Shown here: positions 12,973-18,027 of the stretch, one piece after another
How the letters are laid out: the number at the start of each line of letters is the position of its first letter
Position numbering within the stretch: the stretch's first letter is position 1
DNA from: Zygophlyctis sp. KS116
Taxonomy: Eukaryota; Fungi; Chytridiomycota
Reading direction: 5' to 3'
DNA length: 18,027 nt
Assembly (NCBI GenBank): GCA_054661495.1
Contig: BAAFSQ010000203.1
Coordinates: 1-18,027 of the forward strand
Position numbers and translations under genes: made by a program
The notes under the pieces: model-generated
What the model saw: only the letters and a program-made list of their open reading frames with translations
What the model was told of the DNA's origin: nothing
The model's database searches: none

Positions 12973-15774
12973 TCAATATTGGGCTCCAAGACTTAATGCT
13001 TCTTGTTTGTATTTGTCGGCAAGATCTGATTGGCCAATTTTATTCAAACCTTCGACAAGAGATTCATAAATATCAATCTTTCCAGATGAAAATGACTGAT
13101 CTTCAACACATTCCAACAACCTATGGAAAGACTGTAAGATCATTGGCACGTTTTTTGTTTCCAAATAACCTGCAAACAGAATATATTCTATTTCAGCTGT
13201 TGAAAACACTTTTTAATTAGTAAACTAAAATTATATACCATTCAGTTTCTCATGCATAACCGCCAAAAAATAATCAGCGCATTCGACAAATCCTTCATCT
13301 ACCATAAAGAGTACAACATCATGAATAACTCTGAATTTCATTTTTGGGGAATGAATTTTATCCATCAATTCAGCAACCATTTGAACCATTTTTTGATCCG
13401 CTTCTTCAGTCTGCATTCTTGAATAGCCCGTAATCATGATTCTAGAAGGCGAATCAGAATATGCTAAAGACTTTGACTGAACTGACTCCCAAAGAGACTC
13501 TGCTTTTTCCATATTAGAATCCAGATATGCAAAGCCTTTCAAAATCCATTTGTGAGAAAATGCATCAAATTCCAGTGAGCTTTTACGTACCATCCTTAAC
13601 ACAGCCTTGATTTTCTCTAGATCCTTTATACTAAGAAAATGTTCAAAGGCTATATTAACGGGCATAATGTTGTCGCCTTGCGGAATGTAGGTTTGAATTA
13701 CTTGCAGTACTAAGTCATCCCTTTTATGAGCAGAAAAAATATGTAACAAATGTTGATAAGACCAATTTCCAAGCTTGACCTTGTGTTCCAGAGATGTATT
13801 AAACATCTGCAATGCCACATCCAAGTTTTGATCAGCATTTGAGGCTATAAATATCATCTGTTCAACTATATCTCCAGTGTATCTTCCAGGGTTTAAATAC
13901 GCAAAAACCGATTGAGCAGATTTAAGTTGTTTTTGATTTACATCAGGTAATTTCGATAAATTATCGATGAAATCGTGTATCATCATTGACTCTGGTAAAA
14001 CATTCACCGAGGTAGCCATATCTTCAATCAATTCGGCGGCTTCAACGAATAAACCAGATTTGACCATTGAAAAAACAGTATTGTAGTAAAATGGATTATC
14101 CTTTAATTCAAAACATTTTACATACGATCTGAACAATAATCGCAGTTGGCCAAACTGTTTAAATGTAATATTTAGATTGACCAACATTAGAAAATATTTT
14201 GAAGATTCTAAAAAATCGAAACCTTCCTCCAGTAGCTGTAACGCATAAGAATTGGCACTATCCACATTCTTTGAGTCAAGAGCATAACGAAATTTGGCCA
14301 AAAGAGGGGATTTATAGAGATTAATTGTGCTTTTGGTGACAGGATTTTCTTTATTTTTCAATCGATTTATCTGAATTTTCCATTTGGAGGGTATATATCT
14401 TGCCATATTAAAGAAGCGATTAATTTCACTCAGAGTTTCATCTGCAAGAGGCCATTTTTTAAGATGGGCCGCAGTTTCAGACAAAATTATCAGTGAAGAC
14501 TCTACATCCTGCATGGAAAATGATGAATTCATAATTGCCTTGACAATAAGTTGAAAATCTTCTTTTGTTGGAATAAATTCATTCGCACTATGCACCATGG
14601 TTAAAAAATGCTCTGCCCAAATGTGAAATGCCTTTCGTAACTTTAAACTCTTCTTAAAACCATGATCAGCGTCATTTAAGTTTCTAGACGATTTCAGTTC
14701 CTCTTCTAAATCAGAATAGCAAACATCCATCAGAGGATACAATTCGGTTACATCACTTGGCCTCTTTACTGGTATAGTATTAAATACATCTTTTTTTTCC
14801 TGTAAATTCATAAACACCCTTCTTTTTTCAATCATAGACTTTAAACCACAATATAATCCATCCAAAATATCTAAATTCTGATTAATTATTTGCGGATCTG
14901 TTGATTTAACCAATCTGATAATTTCTCTAAACCTTTTCAAGACTATATAACTTTGTAAAACCATTAATCTAACACGAACATCCTTCAAAAGATTAGTTTT
15001 TACATGAGGAGGAATCTTTTCAAAATTCGAAACAAAAACGAAGGGCGGATTAGACGCAAACAGAGGCAATATTAAATATTCATAAAGCTGATCTGTAGTA
15101 AACTTGTTTGAATTCACCATTAAAGGAATCATATTTTTTTGATTATTCAGAATTGAGAATTTACAGTATTCCAAATAGACTGAATTATTACTTTTAAGCT
15201 TTGAAGAATGATAATAGTCAAAAGTCAATTCCATCCTTTTTAAATTCTCTGCCAACCCATTAGCCACTATATCTGAATGAATCAATTCCAAAACATTATA
15301 ATCTGTATGAAATGATAAAGAAAAATTAGATTTATACTCTCTTAATTTTTCAGCTGCACCTAAATGTCCCCAGACTTGTAAAATCGGAGTAGAATGATTA
15401 TTCAAAATACTCTCAATTTTCACATTTTTCAACAATGTCTCTACAAATTCCCTTTCCTATATTTTTTTAAAAAATTTAAAACTTACAAATTTCCAATTTT
15501 TCAATAATTCTAGTCTAGTTTTAGCCCAATGATTTGGAGTTTTCCTATCCAATTCCAATGCTTTATAATTCCTAGAAACCAAATGATTTCTAACAATAGT
15601 TATCAAATCACAGACATTATTCCTAGAAAGTCCATCATCTTTAATCTTTTCGTATAAAACTCTAATATATTTCAAATGAGATCTTGCAGGCAGAGATCCC
15701 ATAACACTAATTATATTATCAATTGGAATTTTCCTTGCATTGACTGCTAAAGAATACCAAGAATTCAATTTCAT
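12973..15774 (-). CDS. Large alpha-solenoid, PPR-like repeat protein (possibly a mitochondrial RNA-binding protein), ~913 aa; exons 15774-15487, 15456-13239, 13208-12973
   Basis: Two 30-nt introns (15486-15457, 13238-13209) join three ORFs in frame. Degenerate PPR-like segments: YYNTVFSMVKSGLFVEAAELIEDM, SYQHLLHIFS, SHKWILKGFA..NMEKAESLWESV, IMITGYSR. Confidence 0.6.
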
Positions 15775-15864
15775 TTTACTAATTCTCTAAAATACTTGAT
15801 CTTTCTGTAAGAAACTTTTTAAAAAACTCTGACCTTTAACCTATAGTATTGAACCTTATTCTCT

Positions 15865-15918
15865 ACTCAGTAGGACACTCTGTAGGACACTCAGTAGGAC
15901 AGGAAAACTCAGTAGGAA
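15865..15918. repeat. 12-bp tandem repeat ACTC(A/T)GTAGGAC x3 plus a fourth degenerate copy
   Basis: Copies at 15865, 15877 and 15889, and ACTCAGTAGGAA at 15907. Confidence 0.9.
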
Positions 15919-15973
15919 AAACTCTTTAAAAACCTAAAATAATCTACAAAATTTCTAAAAAAAATCTACTTTT

Positions 15974-16057
15974 AAACCTAGAAAATTCTAGTTTTTATAT
16001 TTTAAACCTAGAAAATTTTAAACCTAGAATGGAAAACCTAGAAGGCAAAACCTAGAA
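15974..16057. repeat. Five copies of AAACCTAGAA with irregular spacing
   Basis: Exact 10-mer at 15974, 16004, 16020, 16034 and 16048. Confidence 0.9.
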
Positions 16058-16225
16058 TGGAAATGTAAAATTTTAACAGTAAGTGGCAGTGCACAGACAG
16101 TGGCAGACAGTGGCGTAATGACATCATCAGAGAAAATGTGGCAGAATGTGGCGTTTTAGGGCGATCATTTGACAAACCGCCGATCATAAAATTTTTAAAA
16201 AAGAATTTCGATTCAAAAGTCCAAA

Positions 16226-17908
16226 ATGTCAAGCTTCAAAACCGATGATCTTGAGCCTCTAGACTCTATTAAATCTATTTCAGACTCTACAGTCCAACAG
16301 ATTATATCATCAGTGTCTAATAGAAAAGACCCTAAAATTAAGCTAGGACGGGTGGATTTCTCTTGTTCTTTTCTAATTACTGATGCAAATGCACAAATTG
16401 TTTTTGTGTCTCCAACATTCACTCGGACAACTGGTTACTCGCAATGTGAAGTTATTGGGAAAAATCCAAGGTTTTTACAGTCGCCAGGTGGGAATGTAGA
16501 GCCGGGCGCCGTAAGGAAATACTCTGATAATAATGTTATTTCTCATATAAAGGCATCTCTGGATAATGTCGCTGAATGTCAGTACTCTCTAGTCAATTAT
16601 AGGAAAAATTTGGAACCGTTTATTAATTTAGTCACTGTTATTCCTATATTTTTAGGAGAAAATTTGGATTATTATATTGGGCTACAGATTGATTTAGTAG
16701 AACATCCAGAGTCTATAGTAGAAAGAATGGATGATGGGAATTATTATGTAAACTATTCTAGAAAAGATGGTCAAGATTACTCTAATAATACTATAGAGTA
16801 TTTGGATTTAATTAATCAACATCCAGTAGAAGAAATTCCTATTCCAGTTTTTCATTCACAATTTATAGATAATTGTGGAGATTTGGTTTATATATTGTCT
16901 ATTAGAGGATTAGTACTATATACTTCTCCAAAATCATGTAAAGATTTACTGGGATTTGAGTCTGAAGAAGTTCAAGGTCAACATATATCTGAATTAGTTC
17001 ATCCGTCAGATTTGGTTTTTGTTCAAAGGGAATTAAGGTCTGCATCTCCAACACAAGTTATAAATCTTATTTGTAGATTTAAAATTAAACCTGGTGGATA
17101 TATTACAATGGATCTTCGTGGGCATGTGTATCAAGGAGAAACAGGGAAAAGGACAAGATGTATAGTCATGTCTGGAAGAGAAAAAAAGACTGGAACTTTA
17201 CTTTTGACAGATATACTTGAACCAAGTTTGGATAATTCAGAAGTTTGGTTAAAGATTTCTCCTCAAGGATTGATTCTTTTTGCAGATTCTGGATCCATGA
17301 ATGTTTTTGGAGTCTCTTCAGAGATTTTATATTCTAAATCTTTGCTTGATTTTGTAAATCAAGTTGATAAAACTCGTGTCAAACAATCTTTAGAATATGC
17401 AAGTGGAGTTGTTAGATTTTTTGATATTGTTAATTTACCATTGATTACACCTCTAGGACATTTAATAGCTCATGTTAGGATTTACAATCTAAGTGATGAT
17501 TCTAGAGTCTCTACAAAACATTTAGTTTTACAAATCAAACTAGTAGTAGACTCTAAAGGCCTCAATTATAGAATATCTACAAAAACTTTGACTGATTTCT
17601 CACAATGTTTTATTAATGGAAACATTCTAGACTATCATGATGGACCCTCTTCTATATACTATGAACTTAATCAGTTGAGAGTAGAAAACAAGAAGCTCAA
17701 GGATAGGCTGGAAGACTATGAGAAAAAGGTAATTTCTTTTAACTTAAATTTCTAGATTTACACAAACAAGACCTGGTCATTCTCGTCTAGTGATTCAAAT
17801 ACTGAAATACCTCTAATTTACTTTCCATTTAATGAAAAATCACCGCATGTGTCTCCTTCTGGGCCTTCTGGACCTTGTGGAGATGGTAGTTTCTATGGGA
17901 TTCTCTAA
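16226..17908 (+). CDS. White collar-1-like LOV-PAS-PAS protein with Cys-to-Pro LOV motif and no GATA finger, ~551 aa; exons 16226-17728, 17756-17908
   Basis: WC-1/VVD-type N-cap KLGRVDFSCSF; LOV core TGYSQCEVIGKNPRFLQSPGG..VNYRKN..PFINLVTVIP..IGLQIDLVEHP; PAS-B YILSIRG...HPSDLVFVQREL; PAS-C KISPQGLILF; WC-1-like tail SSIYYELNQLRVENKKLK. A 27-nt intron (17729-17755) leads to a 50-aa last exon. Confidence 0.88.
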
Positions 17909-18027
17909 GAGATATATTTAGTAGTGTTGAATAAAAGTTTGTTATATTTTATAGTCTATAAGTCTATAAGTAGTAAAAGTAATTTAGTGGTTAGGAACAG
18001 AGTTGTGAAAATGAATGAAAGTTTCTT

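Larger units (their letters stand above)
15775..16225. promoter_or_regulatory. Repeat-rich divergent promoter region between the PPR-like and WC-1-like genes
   Basis: 451-bp non-coding spacer, the longest between two genes in the window, carrying several clusters of repeated motifs. Confidence 0.55.

Noticed and set aside
11269-13220. Short ORFs 11269-11457, 11454-11699, 11690-11878, 12097-12387, 12389-12658, 12881-13069, 12996-13220, and the first ~80 aa of 11945-12691
   Set aside because: Shadow frames of the dehydratase and PPR-like genes. The LeuD-like ORF is not a separate gene; it is spliced to the LeuC-like part within VDTD|AIIP.
15865-16057. Repeat arrays as CRISPR or telomeric repeats
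   Set aside because: Units are 10-12 bp without unique 30-40 bp spacers, there are no cas genes, the context is eukaryotic, and there is no tandem TTAGGG-type unit.
16038-16422. Minus-strand ORFs 16038-16232 and 16213-16422
   Set aside because: They overlap the repeat-rich promoter and the LOV gene on the antisense strand, and show no coding signal.

Overview
AT-rich, extremely compact eukaryotic DNA. It is most likely from a zoosporic (chytrid-type) fungus; this is inferred from fungal-type Leu2 and White collar-1 genes sitting next to genes from cilia-linked families. The fragmented ORF track resolves by hand into 9 intact spliced genes: a LIM-domain protein, a C6orf118/TSNAXIP1_N-like protein, a DUF4587-like protein, DNA polymerase delta catalytic subunit, a VPS9+UIM protein, 3-isopropylmalate dehydrogenase, a fused LeuC/LeuD-type aconitase, a PPR-like protein and a White collar-1-like LOV-PAS-PAS protein. 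Four things stand out. (1) There are 31 predicted GT-AG introns, 30 of them only 25-31 nt, and all fit the rule '3-prime splice site = first AG ending at least 25 nt from the donor'. (2) The WC-1-like protein has Pro in place of the photoactive Cys (GKNPRFLQ) and no GATA zinc finger. (3) LEU2 lies head-to-head, 34 bp apart, with a non-Leu1-type (HtyD/AMT8-like) dehydratase. (4) Gene spacers are as short as 8 bp. All gene models and family calls come from manual reading and motif recall, with no database searches.
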